The notes beneath the pieces are model-generated. The model saw only the letters and a list, made by a program, of their open reading frames with translations, was not told where the DNA came from and did not search any database. From Lama guanicoe (taxonomy: Eukaryota), in NCBI GenBank assembly GCA_013239625.1, contig MU053594.1:646355-710354 (forward strand): a stretch of 64,000 nucleotides of DNA, written 5' to 3'. The translations under genes were made by a program, and so were the position numbers. Positions 26,650-38,173 of the stretch are shown here, piece by piece (within the stretch, counting starts at the first letter, position 1; each line of letters starts with the position of its first letter).

Positions 26650-26880
26650 CAAGAGCTTGGGGCTTAGAGACAAAAAGTTCCAATCCTGGCACCACCACTT
26701 TTTTTTGCTGTGTGACCTTGGGCAAGTTGCTTAACTTCTCTGAGCCTCAGCTTCCTCATCTGCTAAATGTGAATCATAATACCGATCTCACAGGGTGGTC
26801 TTGAGGATTCAGTGGGAGAGGGATGGAGTGTGCCTAGAAGGGTGCCAGGTCCCCAGCAGGTGCCACATAAAAGTTATGGC
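26650..26880 (+). mobile_element. MIR SINE in DRD2 intron 5
   Basis: gctgtgtgaccttgggcaagttgcttaacttctctgagcctcagcttcctcatctg core. Confidence 0.85.
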
Positions 26881-27078
26881 CCTTTCGTTCCCTGTCCAGC
26901 TCACTTCTTCCCATCACAGTACCAACCTTCACCCTCACCTCAATTGCCCCTCAGGCCCCAGCCTCCTAAGCTCTGCCCTTCTCTGAGCTCCAGTGCCCAG
27001 TCAGACTACCCCACATTGGATTTCTGTCCCCCTTGCCCCATCTCCCTGTTATGACCCATGTGCTGGCTCACTCCACAG

Positions 27079-27165
27079 GGCAACTGCACTCACCCTGAGG
27101 ACATGAGACTCTGCACCGTTATCATGAAGTCTAATGGCAGTTTCCCAGTGAACAGGCGGAGAGTG
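27079..27165 (+). CDS. DRD2: DRD2 exon 6, alternatively spliced 87-nt cassette (included in D2L, skipped in D2S)
   Basis: ccacag|GGC AAC TGC: GNCTHPEDMRLCTVIMKSNGSFPVNRRRV (29 aa). Donor GTAAGT. Phase 0 at both ends. Confidence 0.99.
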
Positions 27166-27429
27166 GTAAGTGTTCAGGTCAGGGACTCCAGGGCCCTGTC
27201 TTTCTGCCTCTTGGGAAACCCACCCGCGGTGATTCTCAGAGACCTCACCAGCTGGTCAAAGGGATAAGCCCCTCCCAGGATCCCCTGCTTTGCCTCAGCT
27301 GAGGCCAGACTCACCATGCACACACATAAGCAGGCATGGAGCAAGACTGTTCATTCCTGCAAGGCACAGAGAGGCACCCCTAGTGCAAGGAAAGGTCTGG
27401 GAGAAAGGACTCGGCCATAACCACATAAG

Positions 27430-27660
27430 CAAAACCATAACAATGGCGATGCCCATTAATCACAAACCTACCATCTTCCTGTTAGCTCGTCAAATCCTCA
27501 CAGCGACCCTGAGAGGTAAGTCTTGTTGCTCCCACCCGTCTTCATTCCGCAGAAGAGGAAACAGAGGCTCAGAGAGGTTGGGTAACACACCCAGGGCTAA
27601 ACAGTTGGTGAGAGTTAATATGGGAGCCCAGACCTCAGTGACTCTGAAACCCATGCCCGT
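27430..27660 (-). mobile_element. MIR SINE in DRD2 intron 6
   Basis: aatcctcacagcgaccctgagaggta...agaggaaacagaggctcagagaggttgggtaacacacccaggg. Confidence 0.75.
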
Positions 27661-28766
27661 GTTCTTCCCACTGGCATACGCTGCCTTACAGACAGGCAGG
27701 TTCTGGGGCGGGAGGGAGGCTGGGTGCTGGGGGAGGAGCGAGCGGAACAGCTGGGGCGGGGGTGCCCACAGTAAAGGGCAACCTGTAAGTGGAGCCCAGA
27801 AACGCAGAATCACAGCAGACCCCAAGTTTCCCAGTAATAGTAGCACCAGGGTCCAAGCAGCAGGTGTCCCATCCCCCGACTGGGCAGAAGATGGGCCCAG
27901 GAACGCACAGAGGGCGGCACACCGAGTCCAGGTCAGGCGTCTTCAGGAAGCAGGAACCCTGCTAGTCACCTGCACATTCACTGTTCACCAGCAAAGGCAG
28001 GACTCCACGGAACCATGTGAGATGGATGCCAAAACGGGGACTCAGGATCGGGGCACTTCCACACACAGTGAGGCTGCATTTCAGAAGCTCAAGCTTGAGA
28101 CCCCCAAGGCCTGGAGCAAGGGAGCATGAGGAATGCTCTGGGAGCCCAGGAGGACGTGGGCTCCTCCAGATCAGCCCAGCAGGGGGGTGAGGGGCTCAGG
28201 GGTTCGCCCTTCCACACCTGCATCAGTCTACCGGGAGAAACAGCACACCTGTGCTGTGCTGGTGCAGGAGGCTCGTCAGCCTGGCAGCCCCTGTTTCAGC
28301 CTGGCAAGGAGAACGGGGGTGCCCTCTATGCAGGAACATGAGTTCCTGGAGGCAGGAACGGAACATCAATCAGTAACTTATTCACAGCCGCTAGCTTGGC
28401 ACCTGGCACTCAGTAAGTGTTGTTCAGTTAATAAAACAGAAGTACCTTGGTACGAAGCCACCACAGGATGGTCGTGGGGTCATCGAGGCTGCCTGAGGAT
28501 TGCTCTGCAAAGAGGGCCGGGTGACCTGGCAAGCTGGGATGGTCGTAGGTCCTAGGTACCCAGATAGCTCCTACTTCCCAGTGATCGTCCTCCTTTCCTC
28601 TCTGGCAGAGTGACCCGGTGGTGTCTGCAGGCATCTCCACACAGGCATAGGGAAGGGCTGGGTGGGCCTGGGTGGGGCCAGGTGAGGCCAGGTAGGTCAG
28701 GTGAGGTTGGGGGGTTGATGGCCAAGAACTTGCCTGGCTTTACCCAGAGCTCTCTGCCTCGTGCAG

Positions 28767-29094
28767 GAGGCTGCCCGCCGAGCCCAGGAACTGGAGATGG
28801 AGATGCTTTCCAGCACCAGCCCACCCGAGAGGACCCGGTACAGCCCCATCCCACCCAGCCACCACCAGCTGACCCTTCCTGACCCATCCCACCATGGCCT
28901 CCACAGCACTCCTGACAGCCCCGCCAAACCAGAGAAGAACGGGCATGCCAAAGACCACCCCAAGATTGCCAGGATCTTTGAGATCCAGTCCATGCCCAAT
29001 GGCAAAACCCGGACCTCCCTCAAGACCATGAGCCGCAGGAAGCTCTCCCAGCAGAAGGAGAAGAAAGCCACTCAGATGCTCGCCATTGTTCTCG
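28767..29094 (+). CDS. DRD2: DRD2 exon 7 (ICL3, start of TM6)
   Basis: gtgcag|[43 protein letters not shown]...[15 protein letters not shown]. Donor GTGAGT. 328 nt. Confidence 0.99.
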
Positions 29095-30743
29095 GTGAGT
29101 CAGCCCAGGCCACCAGCCACAGCCGGGCTTTGCCCAACCCTGGCTGAGGAGAGGAGGTCCCACTGTCTGCCATCCCCCCAAACCATGGCTGGTGGGTCGC
29201 AGGACTGGTACTTTTCAGGCACAGGCTAAGCCCATGGACCTACCTGCTTAGATAGATTCTATAATTATGCTCATTTCACAGATGGGGAAACAGTTTTGGA
29301 ACTTGATCAAGGAGGACGCACGATTTAAACTCAGGCAGTTTGACTCCAGAATCTGAACTTGACCAGTCTCCCATCATGACCCCCAGAACCTCATGACCCT
29401 GGGCAAGTGACTTTGCTCTCTTGTCTCCCCATCGGTAGAGCAGGTTACCTCTTAGGGTTCTGGTCATCAAAATGATACACAGTGTGAAAGCATTTTACAG
29501 ACTGTAAGCAGTACGTGCCAGTGTTGTCATTGCGATTTCTGTCAATTTTGACATTTCTGAGAAATTGGGGAATTCACTTGACTTGATCGAGACGCAGTGG
29601 GGCCAGAGGGTGTTCCTGTGAACAAGGAAAGGGGCTGTGAGGGGGGCCCCATCTAAATGGGGGTGAGTGAGGCGAGGCTCTCAAATAGAAGTCCCTTAGA
29701 AAACAGATCACAAAGGTGAAAAGTCAAGGGCTGGACTGATACGGGTAGTGGGGACAGGAGGGACTGTAGCACCCACGGTAGTTGTGACGCCAGTCCACAC
29801 TCACCATCCCTGTGACCGCCCGACAGTCCTGTGACATGAAAAGTTCAGGTGTTACTATTCCGGTTTTACAAATGAGGACTTGCAGGCTTAGCAGGTTGGA
29901 GGACTACCCGAGACCAAGTGCAGAGGGTGGCAGAGTGGGGCTGGAGCCAGGCCCTCTGCTCCCGTCATTGGCGGGGGGTGGGGGGTGTCTCTGCTCCATA
30001 GCCCTGCCTTTCCCAGCATCGCTCGGTCCCTGGGGACTCCCGTGTGCCTGTGCGACATTCTGTGCACACAGTGTCTCCACACCGAGGGTCCAGCCGAGCA
30101 GGCGGGCCCGGGTTTGACAGGCAGAGCGATGGGCGGGAGGTCGGAGTTGTGACAGCAGGTGTCCCCGGGCAGGGATTAGCAAAGGTGTCACCGACGGGGC
30201 TAGGGAAGTTGGGGAAAGGCGCAGCAGAAGCCTGGCCATCTGGGGACTTTGACAGACTAGAGTTTGGATCTCAGCTTTGCCAGTGAGTGGAGTGGCCTTG
30301 TGGGCATCACAGAGCCTCCGTTTCCTGGTACCTCATGCCAGGAGGACTAAGCGGGGTGGGTTTCGAGCTCCCCTTCTGGCCCAGATTGCGCGTTCCCCAC
30401 TCCCAACTTCTGCGGAAGGTGTTTTCCAAGCTGGCCAGAAAGGAGAGAAGATATTTCCATTTCTACCGGCTGCCCTGGTCAGGATGTTAATCTTTTGGAT
30501 TTGTTTTCAAGCCCGTTATCCTTTCCTAGGAGATGGGCATTGTTACACGCGCTTGACAGAGGAGGAGAATGAGGGAGGTGAGGTGACTCGCAAAGGAGTA
30601 TCAGAGGCAGGTCCTTCCAAGACCCCAGGTCCCCCTGAGGTGCTCTTGTTGCCTTGGTAACGGGGCGGGGCCTGCGGCACATACCTCTAGCTCTGCCCCT
30701 CCCCAACCCCAGAGGCCAGCCTGACAGCAGTCCTCTCCCCCAG

Positions 30744-30937
30744 GCGTCTTCATCATCTGCTGGCTGCCCTTCTTCATCACCCACATCCTGAACATACACT
30801 GTGACTGCAGCATCCCGCCCGTCCTGTACAGCGCCTTCACGTGGCTTGGCTACGTCAACAGCGCCGTGAACCCCATCATCTACACGACCTTCAACATCGA
30901 GTTCCGCAAGGCCTTCCTGAAGATCCTACACTGCTGA
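30744..30937 (+). CDS. DRD2: DRD2 exon 8 coding part (TM6 CWLP, TM7 NPIIY, C-terminal Cys, stop)
   Basis: cccag|[75 protein letters not shown]. The seven exons sum to 1332 nt, i.e. 443 aa plus stop. Confidence 0.99.
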
Positions 30938-31584
30938 CCCTGCTTCCCACCTCCCTGCCCAGAGGCCTCGCCTCGGTCCCTGGGAGCCGTGGGCAGGGCG
31001 GCCCAGGACGGCCTCGGCCTCCTCTTCGCCTTCAGGCCCTGCAGTGTTAGCTTGGCTCCACGCCCCTCACTGCCCGCACACCCTCGCTCCGCCAGGGCAG
31101 TGCTAGAGAGCCAGGTACAGTGCCAGCCCTCGGGCCGGACCCCTGGCTCAGGGGCAGCTCACAGAGCCCCTGTTCACTTGCAGGCTCTCTCTGCTTGGCA
31201 CCAAAGACCCAGCCGCCTTCTCTGAACTTCCTCCGGGGCTCTGGGGTTGCCAGGCCGGTGTCAGGGCTCAGAGGCCGTGCCTGCGACAGGGAAGGAGATG
31301 GACAATTCACACCCCTCCGAGGCCCGCACCAGGGACGCTAGAGCTCTTGCCAAGGCCCCAGGCTACTTCAGTCCTGGGAAACCCATGTAAATACCGGGTC
31401 TGGATGGACCCCAGAGAAGCCCAAGCCAAAAATCTTCACCCCTCTCCTGCCCGACAGAAGCCCCTCCTTCCATCCACAGCAGCAGGTCCTGACCCTACTC
31501 CAGCTCCCCACGAGGTCTGCACATCCCTGCGAGGGCGGCCCCGAGGGTCTGTGGGGAGAGGACCCCCACCCCAAGCCCACTCTG

Positions 31585-31599
31585 CTGCCCCCTGCTGGA
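31585..31599 (-). promoter_or_regulatory. Candidate CTCF site in the DRD2 3'UTR
   Basis: Reverse complement is TCCAGCAGGGGGCAG. Confidence 0.55.
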
Positions 31600-31946
31600 C
31601 GCAGGTACATCCCTCCTGGGGGCAGATGGGCCAGCTGGGGTGGCAGCGAAGGCCGCCTCCAGATTTGCCGGGGGCCTGTGTTGGGGGTCCCTGAGGTCCG
31701 TCGGGGGGCTGCCCCTGCCTCACTCTGCCACAAGCCACCTTCCTCTTCTCTTCCTTTTGCCCCTTCACTCTCCCGTTCCCTTTCCCTCCCACCGCCTCCG
31801 CCTTAGAGGAGCCCATCGGCTAAGCGGCTGCTGAGTACTGTCGGGTCGGGCTTGGCCCTGCCCTGCCTGAGGGCGGAGGGGAAGCTGCAGCTTGGGGGAG
31901 TCCCCGGGCCCCAAACTCTGTAACATCACTACACATGCTCCAGACT

Positions 31947-31952
31947 AATAAA
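31947..31952 (+). terminator. DRD2: DRD2 polyadenylation signal AATAAA (3'UTR about 1.0 kb)
   Basis: AATAAA about 1.0 kb after the stop, in the context tgtaacatcact...aataaaactttgacaagagtca, which resembles the remembered 3' end of DRD2 mRNA. Confidence 0.85.
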
Positions 31953-33050
31953 ACTTTGACAAGAGTCACATCCAGGGCCCCTCAGGCAGAGGGGACAGTG
32001 TCACCTCCAACCTCCACCTCAAGTGTGGCCGAAGCCTGGTGACTGTGCTGGGATCAGAGCTAGGGTGGCCTCCTGCAGGCCGTTCAGAGGGGGCGGCCCC
32101 GACCCCTGTCAGACAGGACAGGATCTGGGGGGACAGGAGAGGAGGAGCTGCTCCAGGAGGGCCAAGGACAGGACGTGTGTGCCTGCGTGTTTCTCCCTTC
32201 ATCCCACCTCTCCTTCCAAGTGGACTTGAGTGCGCTCAGCCCTGCTGGGTGGCCCGGACCTTCACCTGTCAGCGAACGTTTCCAGTGGGAATCCTGTCAC
32301 ATACCCAGGGCTCCCCCAGTCACCAGAGCAGCAGGGTCCTACCAGCGGGACGCCACGTTGTCCCCACTTCCCACCTCCTCCTCTCTAGGTCCTGGCCCCT
32401 GTGAAGGCCTCATCCTTAGCCCTGCTCTCCCACCGGGACAGAGAAGGAAAAGGTGGCCTTCGAGGTGTGGCTGAGCCTGTCTGTGCTCAGCCCTGGCCCT
32501 GTCTCGCATCAGGAACCCCTTATTCTGGGGCAGGCGGGGAGGCAGGGAGGCCCTGAGTGATGTGACCCGGTGGTCCTCCCTCCTCTTGACCTCCAGACCA
32601 GCCAGAGCTCCAAGCCTTCCAGAGCTACAACTTGGCACCGTTTCAACAACAGAAATTTGGCTTTTTAAAGATGAAATATAAATCAACCCGGTGAAGGAGG
32701 AATATTCTCACCACCTTGGAAATAACAGCAGTGATAACAAACAAGGTGCTGGCACCCACGGGCTCAGGCTCTAGGGAGCTGTCAGGGCATAATTTGCATG
32801 CTAAATACAATATTTTTAGCACCAAAGTTTGGAGCACTTAACTTGCCCTGAACACTTAATTACGGACTTTGATCTCCCTGAGCCTGAATGTAGCGCTAAG
32901 CCCGAGGAGAGGCTCCTGTCCCCAGAACACCTGGTTCCAGGAGGTGTGCAAAACAGGCTCCTAGTCTAGTTCAGCAACCCAGTGAACTCCTGGGGAAGAT
33001 ATCAGACCCCCAAGGGGGACCTCTCAGCTCTGGTACCCACTCCATAACCA

Positions 33051-33109
33051 ACGCATGCACATGTGTGTGTGTGTGTGTGTATGCACACATGCGCGCGCAC
33101 ACACACACA
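33051..33109. repeat. Compound (GT)n/(GC)n/(CA)n microsatellite
   Basis: 59 bp of uninterrupted purine-pyrimidine alternation. Confidence 0.9.
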
Positions 33110-36084
33110 ATCTAGGAACACTCTTGAACCTGATGGGAGCTTAAAAGCTCATCATTAGAAATCTCTGGAGGTCACAGAGGTTCATTGGCTGCAGGAATTC
33201 CACAGATGGAAAAAGGAGGGAGAGAGAAAGAGAGGAAGGAAGGAAGGAAGGGAGAGAGGAGGGGAGGGAGGGAGGGAAGGCAGCCGAGAGAAGTTTGGAA
33301 TGAGCGCTGACAGGGAGAAGAGGGGAAGAGGGCAGGCAGGGGCGGGAGGCGGGGCAGGGGAAAGTTGCCCACAGCTGTCACGAAGCTTCAAGTCTTTCTA
33401 CCAGACAGCAGATTGACAGCCGGAGTGGGCAGGGGGCGGGCTGGGCTCCACCCTGCACCTCTGTGCTTCAGGGGCAAAGGACCCGGTGTGGGACCCAGGA
33501 ACGTCAAGGTGGAAGGGGGCGGCCCAGGCTCTGGCTCTCTCCCCAGGGGCCCGGATCGTGGTTCCTTTGCCGGGACAGCGAGGACAGAAGGGAGGCTGAA
33601 GCAGGCTGAAGTCCTCTGATTTTTTTTCTCCTCTCTGCCGTTCTCTGGACTTCCGTCTCTGCGCCCATCTTTGTCGGTAGAATGCCTTTTAATCAAAGGA
33701 TCACTGATCTGCCTTTACAGAAGGTGGAGTCGGCACCCCCTGACCCCCTCCCCCAGACCGCAGCAAGGAAGCACCACGTTAGGGCGGGAGGCTTCCGGGT
33801 TCGGCACAGCAGGGCACTTTGCATCCGTCCTCTCCGATGTCCACTTGGGAATGCAAGTCCTCCATGCTCCCGGCCCTCTCGGGCATTAGTCCAACAATCA
33901 CAGCTCCTGGCTAGGAATGGTGACCTCTGCCAAGGGCACTAGATGACAATGACAAGGACACTGGAGGCAGCAGCCCCGGCGTGCTCGGCCTGGAACAAGT
34001 AGGCAGGGACTTGGCAAGAAGACTGATGGCAGAGGACTTCCTCAACAGCAGGATGGGAGGTCCCTGAGAGAAGTGACAGCAGAGCCTGCTTCCTGGTGGT
34101 CTCGGAACAGGGACAGTCAGTTGCCTGCAGCCAGGGTCTCTGAGGACCGACCCGCCTTGGGGGCCTTGTCAGTGTGCCCACCCATCTGGCATCCCTTCCC
34201 ACACCACTCCTGTCCTGAGGATGTGTGGCCTGGCCCTGTTCCCTACTGCCTGTCTCCCCCAACCCGGGGCCCCAGCGCTCAGGCTGTGCAGTGGTGTTAG
34301 CACCCACTATCCATCTATGCAGGGGCCGTGGTGGGCCTCGCCTCATGTGATCTTCTGTCCTCTTCATCACGCCCAGGGATTGGTCCCTATGACCCCAAGT
34401 CTGTCATGCAGGAAGGGTGGTGGCCCAGGTGGCAAGGTTGACCTTTCAGCCCAGGTCTTTCAATCCTACATCTTATCTTATTCATTCTTCCCATTCCCTG
34501 ACCAGCTCTGAGCAAAGTTGGAAGAGACTGACTACTGTGTTCAGAAAAAAAGGAGAGAGAGAAGGAAAAACCATTTGGGACAAGACTTTTAGGACGCTGC
34601 CCCTGGGGGGCATGATGGCCATTTGGACTGCCAGAGCAAGGGAGAGTGTGCAGGCAAGTTGGATGCTGAAGGACAGGTGGGACCCAGAGGGCACTGGGAG
34701 GAGAGGGGACCAGGAGTGCGAGCAGGAAGGGAGCCGTGGGGTCGGCCTGTGCTTGTGGGCGCGGTGGCGGGACTAGCTGTAGGGCCAGAGGACACAGGCC
34801 TGGGGACGCTGGAGCCACATACTGGAGGCTGAACAAGTAGGGAGTTGTGTTCTGTTGGTGCGGGTGGGGGTGGCAGGGGAGGAATGCTCTCGAACAGAGG
34901 ATGAGAGATGCCATCCATAAGTTCAGGGAGCCCTGGGGATGCTCTGTTGCTCTGCCCACTGGCTGCTCCCCCTCCCCCGCCATGGCTGGAGACCGGCCTC
35001 CTCCTCTTCAGCCTGGCCCCTCATCACTCTTTCCCGGAGCTCCATGCCACAGGTCAGCTTGGGACAGACACACTCTCCCGGTCTCCTCATTTCCTCCTGT
35101 GTCTAGGATACCTTTTCAGCCTCAAGGCATTTTCCACTGATCACTGGGGATCCCATGGTGACAATTGCAGTGTGAGGGGCCACAAGTGCCAGGACCGGGG
35201 AGGGGCAGACTCCACCAGTTCCCGGAGCCGGCTTGTCCTCTGAGACGTCGCAGAAGCCTGTTTGGACGTCTGCACTGCTGCACTTTAACTCCTGCTGACA
35301 CAGCTTGCCCAGCCTCCCTGCTCCTTCCAGTTTCCTGGCCTCCCAATCAGGGCAAACCCACCAAGGGACGGCTTCTCCCAGCGCAGGAAGCCACCAGGTA
35401 GACCCACCGGGGTCATCTGCATTTCTGGGGACAGCCAATAGGTGGCGACATCTCCCAGGGCCCAGGAGCGTCCTCGGGGAGGGACGGATGGTTTAAGCAG
35501 CGTTTAGGACCAGGAAGGAGGCTCTAGTCTAGATGAAGGTACCGGGTGCATGGGACAGAAACGTGGTGAGAAAGGACAGGACCAGAATGATGGGGAAGAA
35601 GCAAAGTAAAGTGAGTCCCAGCACGAGCTGGTAACACGCATCATCTAATTTCATCCTCTTGACAATAAACCTGTTACAAATAAGGAGGCTGAGCCCAGGG
35701 AGTCTGGGTAAAGACCCCACCCCAGCTCTGCCAGACTCCAACCTCCTCACAGGCGGGACCCCCTCCTCTGCCACCCCTTCCCTCACCCGACACGCCGCTG
35801 AGAGCGTCTTGGGAATGAGTGATTCCTTCGGATTGCATCTGCCCTCAGCTCGGAGTGACAGCAGCTCCCAGTTGCCTCTCATATTGAATCTAAGCTCCAG
35901 AATTGAGACGAACATCAAGGTCACCCCAGAGGTGCCCACCCTCCCGTCCCCATCTCTTCCGCTGTCTGCACCTGCACCCCCAAAACGAAAGCCCTTCCTG
36001 ATCAACCCCGCTCGGCTCGCTAACAGACTGGTTGGGGAGAGGGAGACTGTAGACTGCACCGTCCGCCAGCCACCTGTGGCCGCT

Positions 36085-36228
36085 TAAAGTTAACCTGTTG
36101 AAATGAAAAGTTGGGTCCCTCAGTTGCACCAGCCATAGTTCAAATGCTCAGCAACATGTGGAGTTAGCGGCAGACATGGAAGATATCCATCTTCTCGAAA
36201 AGTTCTGTTGGACAGAGCTGATCTAGAG
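36085..36228. mobile_element. MER3/MER33-like hAT fragment
   Basis: ctcagttgcaccagccatagttcaaatgctcagca...gaaaagttctgttggacagagctgatctaga. Confidence 0.65.
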
Positions 36229-37133
36229 TGACCCCTACATTAAGAGTTGGGGTCCCTTAGCTAAGTGAGGAGGAAGGGGGGAGCAGGCTAGTGGAGGGGA
36301 CAGGAAGGCTCAGTTTGGGACACTGAGTTTAGGGTCTACAGGACCTCCACGTGGAAGTGCCCCATAGGAAATCATGGGTTCCTATCCCCCTCCCCCTCTA
36401 GTCTCCCCAAAACAGTTTTGAAATTCACCTAGAGACCTTCTCCTTAGGAATTTCAAGGGCCCCACAACAATCCAATTCTAAACACCCCGAGGAGACCTCT
36501 AGAAGGCAGCTGTGTTGAAATGGGACTCAGAGTAGATGCCGTGTGTGTCTGCATGGGTCTGTGTCTGTGTCTGGCTAGGGCTGGCTTGAGAAAGGTGAAG
36601 AAGATTCTAGTAGGCAATGAAAAGGCTGTGTTGGCTGGAGCTGGCCTGAAATCACCTCAGTTATCTCTCGGAGGAAGGGAGTAGAGAAAGCAAGGGTCTG
36701 AGGATCTCCGCTTAGACCCTGGGATCGTCAGAGTTGAAAAGAACCCTAGGGCATCTCTGTGCGGTCTCTGCCATTTACAGGACAATAGGTGCACGAACAT
36801 GCAGCCCCACACCCCTTCCCCGGCTCAGGCAGAATCCCACGCTTGGATCTAGACTCAGACCTCAGGGTGCGAGAAGCCACCAGCACCATGCCCCCTCCCT
36901 TTCCTCCTGCTCCTGCATGTTCTAGGAAACACAGAACTCCCAGGGCCATTTGCAACTACAAGTTTTACCCAGGGCTTCATTGCAGGGAGAAGGTGGGGCT
37001 GCCCCACGCCCCCAAGTCCTCAGGAGTCTCCCCTCAGCCAACCTGGAGAGGAAAAGACAGCCATCCCTGGGGGTGTGGGTTGAGGGGGTGTCTGCGGTGA
37101 TGCTAAGGAAAGTCATAGAGAGAAACCACGCAA

Positions 37134-37146
37134 CGCCCCCTGGTGG
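37134..37146 (-). promoter_or_regulatory. Candidate CTCF site between the DRD2 and ANKK1 3' ends
   Basis: Reverse complement is CCACCAGGGGGCG, matching the CTCF core consensus. Confidence 0.6.
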
Positions 37147-38167
37147 TTGCTCTCAGTTCTGGCTGCTCTCCAGCTAATACCAGGATCCTGCCCTAGATTC
37201 CAGTTTAACTGGTCAAGGGTAGGGCCAAGTATTTAAAAACGCTTTCCTTTCTCCCCACATGCCCACACCTCGCCCAGGAGATCCTAATGTGCAGGCTTGA
37301 TTTATAACCTCTGTTCCAGGGCACAACTCAACTCAGTGCTGCCTCAGGGCTCTCTGTGACAGCCGGAGGCTGTGGCTTGGTGAGGGGAGTATCCAGGGGC
37401 CGTGAGGCTGGCACCAGAGCCCAGGGATCACAGGGTGGGAGACGCAATGCCACCAGCTCTGCTAGAAAGGTCTCAGGCACTCGGCATGTACATGGGGCCA
37501 CCGGCATCCTCTGCTCTGCCTCTGTCATCCCATGCTCACGTGAACCTGGTGAGTGATGGCCCCACGCCCAGCCCTCGAGGGTGACACTCAAAGGTGTGCC
37601 TGCCAGCTGGCTGGGGTTGTCCCCAGCCAGTGGTTTGGGCAGAGGATTCCTTTTCTCTGACAGCTAACAAAACATCCTTTAATTGGAGAGTCTGCTCCAT
37701 CTGCCTGAAGAGGGAGAGAGGAGCAGGATAGAAGCCTGAGGGTGCTGGTCCCCCCACCACAACCTGCAGTCCCGCCCTGCCCCCTCCCATCAGTGGGCCA
37801 GCCCTGACAGGGCCTGAGAGGAAGGAGAAGCCGCTGGCCGCTGAGCCAGGGCTCAGTCACACAGGCTGGTGCAAGCAGCCCCAGTCTGCCCCACACCCAG
37901 TGGGAGCGAGCTCCCTGCACCACAGGCGAGGAGGAGGTCCCTGCCCTGTGGGCTCCACACAGAGCCCAGATAACCTACCCACCGTGTGACATCACCACCT
38001 CGCCCCCTCCCACATCCGCACCCGCCTCCTTCTCGGTGAGAACTCATCCCTATGTAATATACACACACCGCACCACACACACACGCACACGCGCGCACAC
38101 GGCCCATAGCAATGCCACTGGCCCCAGAGGTCAGTCAATCTCTAAGCAGGGGGCTCAGATCCACGGC

Positions 38168-38173
38168 TTTATT
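38168..38173 (-). terminator. ANKK1: Candidate ANKK1 polyadenylation signal
   Basis: TTTATT on + (AATAAA on -), about 715 nt downstream of the orthologous stop. Confidence 0.45.

Noticed and set aside
27290..28129. 279-aa ORF in DRD2 intron 6
   Set aside because: Non-ATG start, crosses a MIR and has no homology that I can recognise.
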